From Hemiscyllium ocellatum (lineage: Eukaryota): a stretch of DNA of 64,000 bases. Position numbers and translations under genes: made by a program. The stretch lies in assembly GCF_020745735.1 (NCBI RefSeq), contig NC_083418.1:25809776-25873775 (forward strand). The letters are read 5' to 3'. The number at the start of each line of letters is the position of its first letter. Positions within the stretch are counted from its first letter, which is position 1. The notes beneath the pieces were generated by a model, which saw only the letters and a list, made by a program, of their open reading frames with translations, was not told the DNA's origin and ran no database searches. This document shows, piece after piece, positions 11,156 to 24,436 of this stretch.

Positions 11156-13838
11156 TCAAACACAGTACCTAATTATTAGGAACACAAGACCAGTAGCCAC
11201 AAGTATGAAATAAGGCATTAAATATTTGTGTGTCTATTCATCAGTTGGCATTACATTTTTTTTTAAGCACATGATGGTTTACTGCCTCAGAACCAATTAC
11301 AGTCCTCTTCCTTTCACTCACAGATGGGCTGCTCTATGGGACACTTGGCCTCTTTTCATAGTCTGATCCATTTTGACACATGATTAAGCTGGAACTTAGT
11401 AGTATTGCAGTTTCTTCTTGTGCTCTTCAGAAGTTACCAGATGGTAGAACTCAGAGTTCCCATCAGAAAGAGCAAGTTCTTAGAAGAAAGCTGAATGATT
11501 ATGATGCCTCCTCCTACTTATGGGCAAAGACCTCTTTACACTAACCTTGGCAGATATCTATTTTAATTCCCTGTAAACGATCATGATGTTTTTGATGTCC
11601 CAAAGCATTTTACAGCCAAATACTTCTGAAGGGTAATTACTGCTAGTTGGTCATCAGTAACAACAATTTGCATGGAGCAAAATCTAAAAGACAGCAAAGA
11701 GATACCTAACCAGAACTTTTGCTTTTGGTTATGTTAGTTGACCAGGAAGAATTCCGTAACTTACTTTAGGGAATCCTTTAGATCCACCCCAAGGGGCAAC
11801 AGAATAAGTTATTTGAAAGGCTCAGTAGCAATGTCTTAGCATCACACTGGAATGAACAAATTATGTATTCTAGTCTTAGAATGGTGTTGAGGACAGTGTG
11901 CTACCCTTGAGCCTAGTTGTCATAAAGCAATTGGTTTGGAGCATGAATTACAAGGCACTTGCTCTTATCTATCTCACTGGTGGTATTGAATGAATGAGCA
12001 GAAAGATCATTTAAAGTTATATCTAATCGCTGCAGATTTCCTCATTAGTAGCACACTCCTATATCTACGAACTTATACAAAACAACACAAAGGTGAAACC
12101 TTCTGCAATGCTATCCTGAATGCTGCTTGTTTTTTCCACGCTTAATATTTAGCAACATCTTCAGTATTCAGTACCACACTTCTTTGTACTGCAATTCTTA
12201 GAAGTACCGAAAATTCCACTAAACCTTGGCCCTCGACCAACCAGTATAGTATCTAGTGACTACACATTTCAACAAGTGGCATAGGCGCAACAGTAAATCA
12301 GATATTCTGAGCTGTTTACTGCACGTTATCTGCTCAATCGTCTCTTTAAAGAAAATGTATTCCTCCCCCTCCCTCATCCACCCCCTTCTGACCGAGGTTG
12401 CAAAACTACAGACACAGGTCACAGGGCATGGCCATGCTTTGGAGCACATTATGTTCCTTGCTGCCTTTAGGTTGTACCCACTGAGTGGCAAACTGCCCAA
12501 ATTCCAGAACCAGTGGGTCAATCAGTGGAATTGCAGGGTATTAATCCATCAACAGATTAATACATGTGATCTCATCAACATGAACTTGCGGTATGAACTT
12601 TAGCTGTGCTGTGTCATCCAATGTCAATACAGTGCATCAGATCTCATTCCAATCACTTACATTCATACACTTATTGAAAACAGGATGATAGTCGGCCTTC
12701 CAAGATCAATTGGTTTGGCCACCTATGCTTCTAGGTTTATATCTGCAAAATGGCTACTATCTTTACAAGCCTCCAACTAGCTTGATTCTAATAATAACCG
12801 ACTGTGAAACTGTCGTCCAGCACGGATACACTCCCCTTGGTCTCTATTTTTAAACGCAGACATGGACAGATTAATGTTCCCGAATACAAAGGATAGAAAG
12901 GATAGCAACAGAAGAGGGGGAGTGGTGTATTTGATAAGGGATAGCATGACTGCTGTACTTAGGGAGGATATTCCTGGGAATACATCCAGGGAAGTTATTT
13001 GGGTGGAACTGAGAAATAAGAAAAAGATGATCACCTTATTGGGATTGTATTATAGACTCCCTAATAGTCAGTGGGAAATTGAGAAACAAATTTGTAAGGA
13101 GATTTCAGTTATATGAAAGAATATTAGAGAGTGGTTATGGTAGGGGATTTTTAACATTCCAAACGTAGACTGGGACTTCCATAGTGTCAAGAGTTTAGAT
13201 GGATAGGAATTTGTTAAAACAGTACAAGAAAAGTTTGATTCAGTATGTGGATGTACCTACTAGAGAAGGTGCAAACCTTGACCTACACTTGAGAAATAAG
13301 GCAGGGCAGGTGACTGAGGTGTCAATGGGGGAGCATTTTGGGACCAGTGACCATAATTCTATTAGTTTTAAAATAGTGATGGAAAAGGATAGACCAGATC
13401 TAATTGTTGAAGCTCTAAATTAGATGAAGGCAAATTTTGACGGTATTAGGCAAGAACTTTCAAAAGCTGATTGGGGGCAGATGTTAACAGGTAAAGGGCT
13501 GGCTGGAAAATGGGAAGCCTTCAGAAATGAGAAAACACGAGTCCAGAGACAGTATATTTCTGTTAGGATGAAAGGAAAGGCTGGTAGGTGTAGGGGAAGC
13601 TGGATGACTAGAGAAATTGAGGTGCCAATTAAGAAAAAAGAAGCATATGTCAGGTATAGACAGGAGAGATCAAATGAATCCTTAGTAGAGTATAAAGGCA
13701 GTAGGAGAGAAATCAGGAGGGCAATAAGGGAACATGAGATAGTTTTGGCAAATGGCGTTAAGGAGAATCCAAAGAGATTTTATAAGTGCATTAAGGACAA
13801 AAGGGTAACTAGGGAGAGAATAGGGACCCTCAAAGATC

Positions 13839-14190
13839 TTCCGCCTGGGAACCCTCCAACCACAAGGGATGAACTCATTTCTCCAGTTTCCTCATTTCCC
13901 CTCCCCCCACCTTGTCCCAACCCTCAAACTCCGCACCGCCTTCCTAACCTGCAATCTTCTTCCTGACCTCTCCGCCCCCACCCCACTCCGGCCTATCACC
14001 CTCACCTTGACCTCCTTCCACCTATCACATCTCCATCGCCCCTCCCCCAAGTCCCTCCTCCCTACCTTTTATCTTAGCCTGCTGGACACACTTTCCTCAT
14101 TCCTGATGAAGGGCTTATGCCCGAAATGTCGAATTTCCTATTCCTTGGATGCTGCCTGACCTGCTGCGCTTTTCCAGCAACACATTTTCA
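13839..14190 (+). mobile_element. PLE family A 3' fragment inserted into a CR1 LINE
   Basis: End of the endonuclease ORF plus pseudo-LTR and HHR; flanked by duplicated CCTCAAAGATC of the host LINE. Confidence 0.8.
14099..14134 (+). ncRNA. Minimal hammerhead ribozyme motif (family A)
   Basis: ATTC CTGATGA a GGGC-ttat-GCCC GAAA tg TC^ GAAT. Stem I ATTC/GAAT is perfect; there is one CpG-decay change in the stem III loop. Confidence 0.7.
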
Positions 14191-16649
14191 GACCTCAAAG
14201 ATCAGCAAGGTAGCCTTTGTATAGAATGGCAGTAAATGAGGAAGATACTAAATGAGCATTTTATATCAGTGTTTACTGTGGAGAAGGACATGGAAGTTAT
14301 AGAATGTAGGGAAATAGGTGGCGATATCTTGAAAAATGCCCATATTACAGAGGAGAAAGTGCTGAATGTCTTGAAACACAAAAGTGGATAAACCCCCAGG
14401 ACCTGATCAGGTGTACCCTAGAACTCTGGGAAGCTAGGGAGGTATTTGCTGGGCCCTTTGCAGAGATATTTGTGTCATTGATAATTACAGGTGAGGTTCC
14501 GAAAGACTGGAGGTTGGCTAATTATGGATAGTCAACATGGCTTGGAAAATCATGTCTCACAAACTTGATTGAGTTTTTTGAAGAAGTAACAAAGAGGATT
14601 GATGAGGGCAGAGTAGTGGATGTGATCTATATGACCTTCTGTAAGGCATCGGACATGGCTCCCCATGGGAGACCAGTGAGCAAGGTTAGATCTCATGGAA
14701 TACAGGGAGAACTTGCCATTTGGATACAGAACTGGCTCAAAGGTAGAAGACAAAGGGTGTTGGTGGAGGGTTGCTTTTCAGACTGGAGGCCTGAGACCTG
14801 TGGTGTGCCACAAGGATTGGTGCTAGGTCCACTACTTTTCATCATTTACATAAATGATTTGGATGTGAACATAGCAGGCATGGTTAGTAAGTTTGCAGAT
14901 AACACCAAAATTGGAGGTGTAGTGGACAGCGAAGAGGGTTACCTCAGAGTCTTGATCCAATGGGCCAATGGGCTGAGGAGTGGCAGATGGAGTTTAATTT
15001 AGATAAATGTGAGGTGCTGCATTTTTGGAAAGCAAATCTTAGCAGGATTTATACATTTAATGGTAAGGTCCTAGGGAGTGTTGCTGAACAAAGAAACCTT
15101 GAAGTGCAGGTTCATTGAAAGTAGTCGAAGGTAGATAGGATAGTGAAGGCAGCGTTTTCCTTCACTGGTCAGATTATTGAGTATAGGAGGTGGGAGGTCA
15201 TGTTGTGGCTGTACAGGACATTGGTTAGGCCACTTTTGGAATATTGCATGCAGTTCTGGTCTCCTTCCTATTGGGAAGATGTTGTGAAACTTGAAAGGGT
15301 TCAGAAAAGATTTACAAGGATGTTGCCAGGGTTGGAGGATTAGAGCTATAGGAGAGGCTGAAACGTTTGGGGTTAGTTTCCCTAGAACATCAGAGGCTAA
15401 GGAGTGACCTCAGACGTTTATAAAATCATGAGCAGCATGTATAGGAAAAATAGACTTGTTTCCCTGGGGTGTACGAGTCCAGAGCTAGAGGACATAGGTT
15501 TAAGGTTAGAGGGGAAAGATATAAAAAAGGGACCCAAGTGACAACATTTTTACACAATAAAAGGTGGTACGTGTATGGAATGAGCTGCCAGAGGAAGTGG
15601 TGGAGGCTGGTACAATTACAACATTTAAAAGGCATCTGGATGTGTATATGAATAGGAAAGGTTGAGAGGAAAATGGGCCAAATGCTGACAAATGGGATTA
15701 AATTAGGTTAGGATGTCTGGTTGGCATGCACAAGTTGGACCAAAGGGTCTGTTTCCATGTTGTACATCTCTATGACTTTATGTATACCAACACAACGTAG
15801 ATCTGTAAGTCATTTAGCATTGGCCTATAAATGGATCTCTTCAGAAAATAATTTGCTGCTTTTTTGTTTGTCTGTTGGACTAGTGGATAAAGTACAAAAT
15901 TCACTGGTTGATGCAATGTACAGGGACTGAATATTTCCCCAGGTTTGTAAAATTACTGGGAAGCTCGGAATCACGAGGGCACTGTGAACAGTAGACAATT
16001 TATCCAGTTCTTTCCAGAAACATGCATGAACAATGGTCACTTAAAAATGTTTTGTTAAACAAAAAACAAAGGCTGATTTGACATGGATTTGAGAAATCTA
16101 GCATCACCTAAAACATCCATCCTCTCATGTTTATGCTACAAAATGCATTTGTCTGAAGATGAATAACAATTCTTTGATGCATTTTCTCTTGGATTATAGA
16201 AAATGGACTTGACAGAATAAATGGCAAGAGCTAGGTCAGAATTGCTGAGTCACCAAAGTCAAACTGAAAATGTCAAAGCATCTACAATTAGTTTCTAAAA
16301 GTCAGCACACACTGAACCAGGCCATGCAACACATGGGAACGGGAGGGAGGGAGGAATTAAATATTTTGAAAGCAATCAATCAAACCTAGAGAAAGCAAGT
16401 GATTGCATGATGCCTGCTAGTTTCATGGCATGCCATTACTCAGGTTGGCAGTTTACTTGTAGTCACATCTGTAATGCTGCATGGATGCATTATGATGCCC
16501 ATAGGATAAACAGCCAAGTACAACCATAGAGATCCCCTCACTACAAAACTAAATGAGCAAATGAAATGATTACATTTCAGTGCCTGTTTAATCCCTCTTC
16601 CCTAAGCTGATAGTACTATGGTCCACTACATTAGAAATAGCAACTATAT

Positions 16650-16868
16650 TAGCCGATTCTGCTGTAACGCACGTTTCCTCAGCCCAAATTGGCTGTAACA
16701 CGATTGAAGAATTCAGACCATTATTTGTAGAACACAAACTTTCCTTACCTGTACTGGCTATAACGCAATCCCGGCCCCTTTATTTAAACGGCACTGCTAA
16801 TACGCGATTTTCTTACAGTGCATGATTGCAGAGGAACGGAACTCGCGCGTTGTATCAGAACTGACTGT
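16650..16868. mobile_element. Probable Tc1/mariner-Tigger-type MITE
   Basis: Imperfect terminal inverted repeats (TAGCCGATTCTGCTGTAACGC versus GCGTTGTATCAGAACTGACTG) and internal repeats of TAACGCGATT-like motifs. Confidence 0.5.
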
Positions 16869-16939
16869 CATTCAAAAAGAGCGCAAAGCAGCAAACTTCA
16901 TTGATTGCAGTATGCTTAGTGAAATGGGAGGAGAGGGAC

Positions 16940-18226
16940 AGGAGATGAGGTTTAGGGAGAAAATTCCACATCCAGGCCTTGACATGCAGAAGCGTAACCA
17001 CTAACTGTGGCTGAAAGATGGTTGAAAGAAGAAGTCCAGAATTCAATAATCGCAAGTACCAATGAACTGGAATTGGATGGTACAGTTGTTTTGAAAATCA
17101 GAATGAGAAAAAGTTTACTCAATCTGATCAGAGGTTTACTCTGAAAAATGCCCCAATGCACTTTGCATGCCCTGTGCTCTGTGAGCCTTTCCCTTTTTAC
17201 AGAGCAGTTATTCAACAACAATCCATTTCTAGCAGAAAGTGAGGATTGCAGATGCTGGAGATCAGAGTTGAGGGTATGGTGTTGGAAAAGCACAGTAGTT
17301 CAGGAAACATCCGTGGAGCAGGAAGATCAACGTTGAGTATAAGCCCTTCATCAGGAATCAGGCTTGTGGGCTGGGAGCCTGAAATAAATTGGGTGGGGTG
17401 GGGGGAGGGGGGGGGGGGGTTGCGGGGTGATGGATGTGGTAAGAGGATGGGGGAGGAAGAGGTAAGGTAGCTGAGAATGCGATAGATAGATGACGGTGGG
17501 GAAGATGATGATGGGTGGGAGAGGAGGGCGGAGCAGATAGGTGGGAAAGGTGCCGAGTTGGAGGCTTGGGACTGGGATAATGTGGGGGAGGGGAAATGAG
17601 GAAACTGGAACCTTGCAATCACACAGGATCAATGTGGATTTCATTTCCCCTCCCCGCAAATTACCCCAATACCATGCCTCCAACTAGGCATGCCCGCCTG
17701 ACCCGTCTATCCCCTTCCCCATCTATCCCATCCACCCTCCTCTCCAACCTATCACCTTCTCCACCGCCTTCATCTACCTTCTTCCCAGCCAGTCCCCCTC
17801 CTATTTATCTCTCAGCTCCACCCCACCCCCGTCCCCTGTGCCCCACAAGTCTCATTTCTGATGTAGGGCTTATGCCCGAAACATTGTTTCTCCTGTTCCT
17901 CGGATGCTGCCTGATCTGCTGTGCTTTTCCAGTACCACACTCTCAACAACAACCCTTTTCTATATTGCAGCTCAATTCTCCAAAACATCCAAAAGGAGCT
18001 CCACAAAAAAAAGTGATTATCAAACACATTTTGAGACTGAATCACACAATGAAATTCAGACAAGTGAGTCAAAGAGTAGGTTGTAAACTGCCTCTTGAAG
18101 ACATGGTGAGAGTTGTGAAGGAGATGAGGTTTAGGGAGAAAATTCCACATCCAGGCCTTGACATGCAGAAGCGTAACCACTAACTGTGGCTGAAAGATGG
18201 TTGAAAGAAGAAGTCCAGAATTCAAT
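16940..18226 (+). repeat. 108-bp exact direct duplication (16940-17047 = 18119-18226)
   Basis: Base-by-base identity by eye; copies are offset by 1179 bp. Confidence 0.9.
17232..17942. mobile_element. PLE family A inverted pseudo-LTR pair
   Basis: Two oppositely oriented pseudo-LTRs; 20-bp TSD with 2 mismatches at 17212-17231 and 17943-17962. Confidence 0.8.
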
Positions 18227-18244
18227 TGCATACAGGAGTGTTGG

Positions 18245-18682
18245 AAGTTGAGGGATGACTTTATAAATCATGAGGGGCATGGATAGGGTGAATAGTTAAG
18301 GTCTTTTCCCCGGGGTAGGGGAGTCCAAAACTATAGGACATAAGTTTAAAGTGACAGTGGAAAGATTTAAAAGGGAACAGAGATGTAACCTTTTCAGGCA
18401 AAAGAGAGTACTGTAGATGCTGGAGATTAGAGTCAAGAGTGTGGTGCTGGAAACTTTTCATGCAGGGGGTGATGAGTGTATGGAATGAGCTGCCAGAGGA
18501 AGTGGTGGAGGCCAGTACAATTGCAACATTTAAAAAGAATCTGGATGGGTATATGAATAGGAAGTGTTTAGAGGAATATGAACCAAATGCTGGCAAATGG
18601 GACTGGATCAGTTTTGGATATCTGGTCGGCGTGCACAGGTTGGACCGAAGAGTGTGTTTCCGTGCTGTATGACTCTATGATG
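18245..18682 (+). mobile_element. CR1 LINE 3' fragment with a 54-nt PLE tail insertion
   Basis: VWNELPEEVVEA motif and CR1 tail. Confidence 0.85.
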
Positions 18683-19651
18683 AGGTCCAGGCTTGCAAAC
18701 TATATTTTTTACGAATAAGGGTCATTCTAAACAACATCATGACTGAATCAAATGAAACCGCGCTTCAATACACATTTTAGACTGTGGTACAAATCTCAAA
18801 ATACACCTTTGTGCCTGTAAGAAGTACTGCCCATGTTTGGTTTCAGAGTGAGAATACAATCATGTAGTTAGCAGATACCTGTGAGATCAAAGGATCAAAC
18901 TACACAACAAATTTTACAGGTAGCCATTCAAAACTGAAAAATATAGGTGCCGCCTAAAACCATAAGCTTGCAAATGTTGTATTTGAACAGAAAAGTAAAG
19001 CTACAAGGCATTCAGACAAGAGCACCTAGTCCCAGATCTACATTTGAATCAGAAAGCAAACTAGTAAAGCTAAAGAAGTGATAATACAGGATTATCTGAT
19101 CCTGTTTGGGATTTGTCTGAAGTCCTGATCATGACGAGTGTCAGTATTCATTCTATTCACGTCACGCCACCTGGAATGACTGTGAATATCAATGACATTG
19201 TGACTGTAATGCTCAAGACTTCTGTGTCAGAGCTAGCCACACACTTCATGCAAAAAAATTATCAATACAACTGGGCCTTTTGCATCAGCCCAATAATGCC
19301 TTGGGTATGTCCAATCTAATCCAGTAAATTACTACGCGGTGTTGTTTTAACAATATCTCAAAATCCCTACTCAACACCATTGTGAGAGCACCATATTCAG
19401 GGAGCTAGATATTTCTCACTCAAAACCCATTCACTTACACAGAGTCAAAATTATTAACGCAACAAATGCATCCTTTTCAAGGACTCCTGTTTCAAATGCA
19501 AAACAACTGTGTTTCACTATTCCACCATTTCATATCAGTAGCACAGCCTCTGCTACTTTTTCCTTATAGTAAATTCCCTTCACTGACCTACATTAGTTTC
19601 GATAGCTTCAAAAATGACTTCAAAGCACATCATTTGGACAAATGATAAAGG

Positions 19652-19868
19652 TGTAGTGATTGTAACAAGGTCAGCCTGCTGGACATCATGAAATAGGAGC
19701 TCCCTCATATTGGGGCTGTTAACCTGGTTAATTCAGGCTGATGGATGAACAGGGATGTGTCAGAAATACTGACACTGACAGCTAATTCTGAAGAGACAGT
19801 ACGAAAGTCAAGGATTGTTCAGATGTAAATAAAGGGTGACTTGGTGAAGGGATACCCGAGTTATTTCA
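19652..19868 (+). mobile_element. Probable solo LTR
   Basis: TG...CA ends, AATAAA near the 3' end, flanks AAAGG/AGAGG (5 bp, 1 mismatch). Confidence 0.45.
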
Positions 19869-21149
19869 AGAGGCGCATTCAAGAAATTTCCCACAGGTCT
19901 AGTTTCCCCAATGAGAAGCTTTTGGGGAGCGGAAATGAAAATGTTCTACTTAAAATGTGTTTTCTTGTCATGAGACCTAAAAATCGCCAGCTCATGATTC
20001 AGCTGGCCACTAGCTGACAATGCACAAGTTGCAAAATGTTATTTAATCTACATTTTTATTTAGCTGAATATGCTGAAATCCATCTGATATAAATGTTTTG
20101 ACTATTAAAAATTGTAGGAGTAGCTAAATCGTACTGAATACTTATGATAAGGGAAAAGTTATAATATGGCCTTGTTAGAGTTCTGTAAACAGATTAACAG
20201 TCTCTCAATTTCCTCTACACAGCAAAGGTCCACTAATTTTGAACCAGACTAAAAATGTTGCCATACTAAGAAATTCCTTATTATATGTCTGGAAAACAGC
20301 TTAACAGGATTTCTACATGCTGCAAATTTAAATCCATGAATCCAAGCAAACTGATTTCCTCAAAAACATTCATTCACTGTTGAATCCATGGCTTTGTACC
20401 CTGCAAATGATTACACTTCACCATTTTAAAAACAGACCGAAGGTGCTGTATAAATAGGCTTTCCTTTAGCAATACAATGGGTAATGAACATGCTGCCACA
20501 CTATAATTATACAGTACCCTAACGATCAAAGGTTTGTTAAAAACACTGAACAAGTGGAGAACTGAAAGCATTCACAAAAGTCGAAAAGGAGAAGGTTGAG
20601 TAATATTTTTCCAAAACAGGATGAAGGACAATTCAACTGTGGACTAAGTTATCAGTCAAGGTCAATATAAAGTGTCAAGAGTCAACTGACAGTTCAACAG
20701 AGAGATGCAGAGCTCATGTGGCAGAGTGGTAATGTCACTACCTCCTGGCCAGAAGGTTCAGATCCCACCTGCCCAAATATGTCTCATAACAAGTCTGAAC
20801 AGGTTGATTAAAATATATAAATAGAGAAGAAATGGGGGATATTGTGATGCAAAGTGATCGTATTCGCCAGTATTAATGAGGAGACCATGTAATCTGGTCC
20901 ACCATATCACACCTTATCATCATTTACCCACACATTTAATTTTATAAGGAATATGAATCACTTTGCTTAAAAGCCGCTGAACTTGTCTTGAACTGTTAAA
21001 AAGACCCAGCAACTACAGCCTTTTGCAAATCTCCATTGTTTGTGTAAATTGCTGCCTGATTACACTCCTGAATGGTCTAGCTTATATTTTTAAGATTATG
21101 TCCCCTTGTTAAGGATTCTACCATAGGAAATGGATTTCTTTGGCATTTC

Positions 21150-21786
21150 TGTGGTCACAAACACAAGATCATATGGAAACTAAAGAGCATGAAAGCATGG
21201 GAAGGGTTAAAACATGAAAACCACTGGCAACCTGTGATCTGTGGAAGGCAGGATGGGGTAAGAACACCAATTAGCAGAGTAAGGTTAAGGCTGAAAGGTC
21301 ACTATGGCGAGATGAGATAACAGTTAGTAAAGGTAGTCTCCCTGTTAAGTGTCATTATGACAAAATTGGGACCATAAACATTTGGGACATGACATTAAAT
21401 ATCTAATTAATAGTTAGTAGATTCAGCTTGAAACAGGAGACGATTGTAATAGATGGAATAGCTAAATATCTAGTCTGGAATGGAAAATCACTGTAGCAGA
21501 GATGATAATAAATATCTAACTGTGACATTATAAATAACATTAAGTAGAATGTATAACTGAAGAGATAATGGGAACTAACATCACTGGTTTATTGTGTAGC
21601 TAGAGTAAAGTACTTTGATTAATATAGTTGGACATGCTGATAAGCTAACAGAAACATGATATAAAAAATATAAAGAACCACGGACATGGACATTTGAGAA
21701 TCTGCTTTCTCCGTGCCACAGTTTTTTGTTTGCAAATAAAAGACCTACTTCTTGAAGAACTCTGCGTCTCCTGATGACTCTCTACA
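21150..21786 (+). mobile_element. Probable solo LTR
   Basis: TG...CA ends, AATAAA about 45 nt from the 3' end, flanks ATTTC/TTTTC. Confidence 0.45.
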
Positions 21787-22357
21787 TTTTCTTCACCATA
21801 ATCAGCCTCAGAACAAAAGGAGTTAACCATTTAGGATTACAATTTTGAAAATGTCTTAATTCCAATACCATTTTCTTTGAACTTCTCAGTTTGAGAACAC
21901 TATGAACGTTCAGTTGTTGAGCAACATCAAAACAGAAAATAATAAAACGTTTTGGCTAGAATAGTGCAGCAAGTTAGATTTCTGGTGGAAGATATGGTCT
22001 AGTTGAATAGTGGAGAAAATTGTTAGGAGCAAATAGCCTATTCCTGTCTGTAGTCCTTATGACCTCCGTATGACCCTTGAATCCCTTAACATTGTAAAGA
22101 CTTATTTTTTATTCATTTATGGCCTATGAATGTCACTGGCTGGACCAGCATTTATCACCCATTCCTAATCACCCTTGAGAAGGTGGTGGATTAGATCACC
22201 ACTCAGTCTTCAAGTCACATTAATGCAACCTCTTAATAATTTAAACCTTTATGCCATACCATTTTGCTTGTGCACTTACACTCTATTCCTAAAATCATGA
22301 CATCCTTCCTGATGTAGTTTGCCAAAATTGAATACTGCAAGGAGACCTGCCTCCTTG

Positions 22358-22502
22358 CTGAAAATGTGTTGCTGGAAAAGCGCAGCAGGTCAGGCAGCAT
22401 CCAAGGAGCAGGAGAATCGACGTTGCCTGACCTGCTGCGCTTTTCCAATAACACATTTTCAGCTCTGATCACCAGCATCTGCAGTCCTCACTTTCTCCTA
22501 GC
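22358..22502. mobile_element. PLE-derived fold-back element, family A (short)
   Basis: Hairpin plus tail; perfect 15-bp TSD AGACCTGCCTCCTTG at 22343-22357 and 22503-22517. Confidence 0.85.
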
Positions 22503-22556
22503 AGACCTGCCTCCTTGGTCCACCTAAGGCTACTAACAACGGAATCAGAGAACCTA

Positions 22557-23026
22557 GTTGTGATTTCAGAAGATTTGTCACTCAGGTAGAGGTTCAGATT
22601 GTAACTTTGCTCGCTGAGCTGCTAGGTTTGTTCTCAGACACCAGGTTAGGTAACATCATCAGTGAGCCTCCGATGAAGCACTGATGTTCTGTTCCACTTT
22701 CTGTATATGTAAGGATACACATAGACAAAGAAGGTCACCACTTCAACTGGGACACACATCCACCCTAGGGCAGGTTAAACAGAGATAAGGACAGGAATTT
22801 CTAGAGGTATGGCATCCCAACCGGAACTCCATCAATAAACGCATCGATTTGGACCCCATTGACCAACCTCCTAGAAAAAGATCCGGAAATGATATCACCC
22901 ATCTTAACAGACCAAGACTCAGAAATAGAAAGCAGGACAGAACACCAGCGCTTCCCTGATGTTACCTAGCATGGTGTCAAAACACCCGAGAACAAACCTA
23001 CCAGTTCAGTGAGCAAACTCACAACT
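22557..23026. mobile_element. PLE fold-back element, family C (Poseidon-type)
   Basis: Inverted pseudo-LTRs around a fragment of the endonuclease 3' end; homologous to 33134-34055; degenerate CTGATGA-TGTTACC HHR. Confidence 0.7.
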
Positions 23027-23823
23027 AGAGAACTTATTTTCCCTTTTTATTCCAACCCCCTTGAATAACCATAAATCAACACTGTCACAATAAATCATTT
23101 ATGAACTACCATGAAAAGAGATGTACATTTAAACAAGACAAAACATGCAAAAAACACTGCAGCCATGATGCTATCAATGACTGTTGATCATTCCTGGCTC
23201 AAACAACAGCTACTACGACAAATCCAGAACTTGAGAATATCTGTTTCCCACTAGCTGACCAGTCATTACATCTTGCCTATTAGTTGTACTATTAAGCTAA
23301 TTGATTAACAACATTTCTCTGCACTGTGACAGGACTTCAGCCTTTTAATTTTGCACTTCTGCAGATCTACCTCAATAATAACACTGGCTATATATAATGA
23401 GACCATAAATCATGTATACGCTGCAAAACTAGACTTGATACAGTGTAAGAAATCTGTAACTCAGTCAAGATGTATGTGAATTCAGGGCAATTGGACTCAG
23501 GCAACACACAGATCCAAGATCTCGCTGAATGCCCCAACAAGTCACTGACTGGCCCGTTTCTATGTAAACTATAAGGACAAACCTCAGCCTGATTAAGGAA
23601 GTCACGAAGACATTAAAGTTTCCTTATAACTTCACAGCCGTCATTCTATACATTTCAACAATTTGTTAAGGGTAAACATTACTTATCATAATCACGTTTA
23701 CATTAATAGACCGAAATGGTCCCAATACACAAAGGGCAGTTAGAAAAATATCTCAGTGTCAAAGAACTCTCCAAAACACCTCCTTCAACAACACAATGTT
23801 TAATTTTGTCTACCCCAATGCCT

Positions 23824-24100
23824 CGGCACGGTGGCTCAGTGGTTAGCACTGCGCCAGGGACCGAAGTTCGATTCCAGGCTCGGGTGACTGTGTGGAGTTT
23901 GTACATTCTCCCACAGCCCAAAGATGTGCAGGTTAGAGGTGAACTGGCCAAGCTCAACCGCCTATAGTGTTCAGGGATGTGTGGGCTTGGCGCATTGTAG
24001 ACTGACAGGGGAATAGGTCTGGGTGGGTTACACTTCGGAGGGTCGGTGTGGACTTGTTGGGCCGAAGGGCCTGTTTCTACACTATAGGGATTCTAATTCT
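23824..24100 (+). mobile_element. tRNA-derived SINE (HE1-type)
   Basis: GGCACGGTGGCTCAGTGGTTAGCACTG...GTTCGATTCC head; tail TTGGGCCGAAGGGCCTGTTTC...GGGATTCTA. Confidence 0.85.
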
Positions 24101-24316
24101 TTTTTTTAAAAAAAAAGCAAGATGGACAGAGCGGATCATCCGGCCATTTCTGCAGCCGGTGGTTGTGGGATCTTACTGTGCGCTGATTGTTTGCTGGAGA
24201 TGACAGCTGCCTCCGCTTCAAAAGGAGCGTCGCAAGTGACCCGTCTTGATGAAAGGCGCTACCTTCAGCAGGTGTTGTTGTTGCATTGCTTTCCTCCCTG
24301 GTCCGAACAGCTTCCT

Positions 24317-24436
24317 TGTTAGAGTGGTGCTGGAAAAGCTCGGCAGGTCAGGCAGAATCCGAGGAGTTGCTGTGCTTTTCCAGCACCACTCTAACCTAGA
24401 ATCTGGTTTCCAGCGTCTGCAGTCCTTGTTTTTTAA
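24317..24436. mobile_element. PLE-derived fold-back element, family A (short)
   Basis: Hairpin plus tail; perfect 14-bp TSD CCGAACAGCTTCCT at 24303-24316 and 24437-24450. Confidence 0.85.

Larger units (their letters stand above)
12860..15780 (+). mobile_element. CR1-clade LINE (HER1-like), 5'-truncated, degenerate ORF2
   Basis: APE endonuclease fragments (RGGVVYLIRD, EHFGTSDHN), RT fragments ([28 protein letters not shown]) and a CR1 3' tail; frameshifted; interrupted by a PLE at 13839-14190. Confidence 0.92.

Noticed and set aside
23824-23885. tRNA-like sequence (also near 7370-7430, 27000-27047 and 38764-38835)
   Set aside because: These are SINE heads continuing into SINE core and tail, with no complete cloverleaf.
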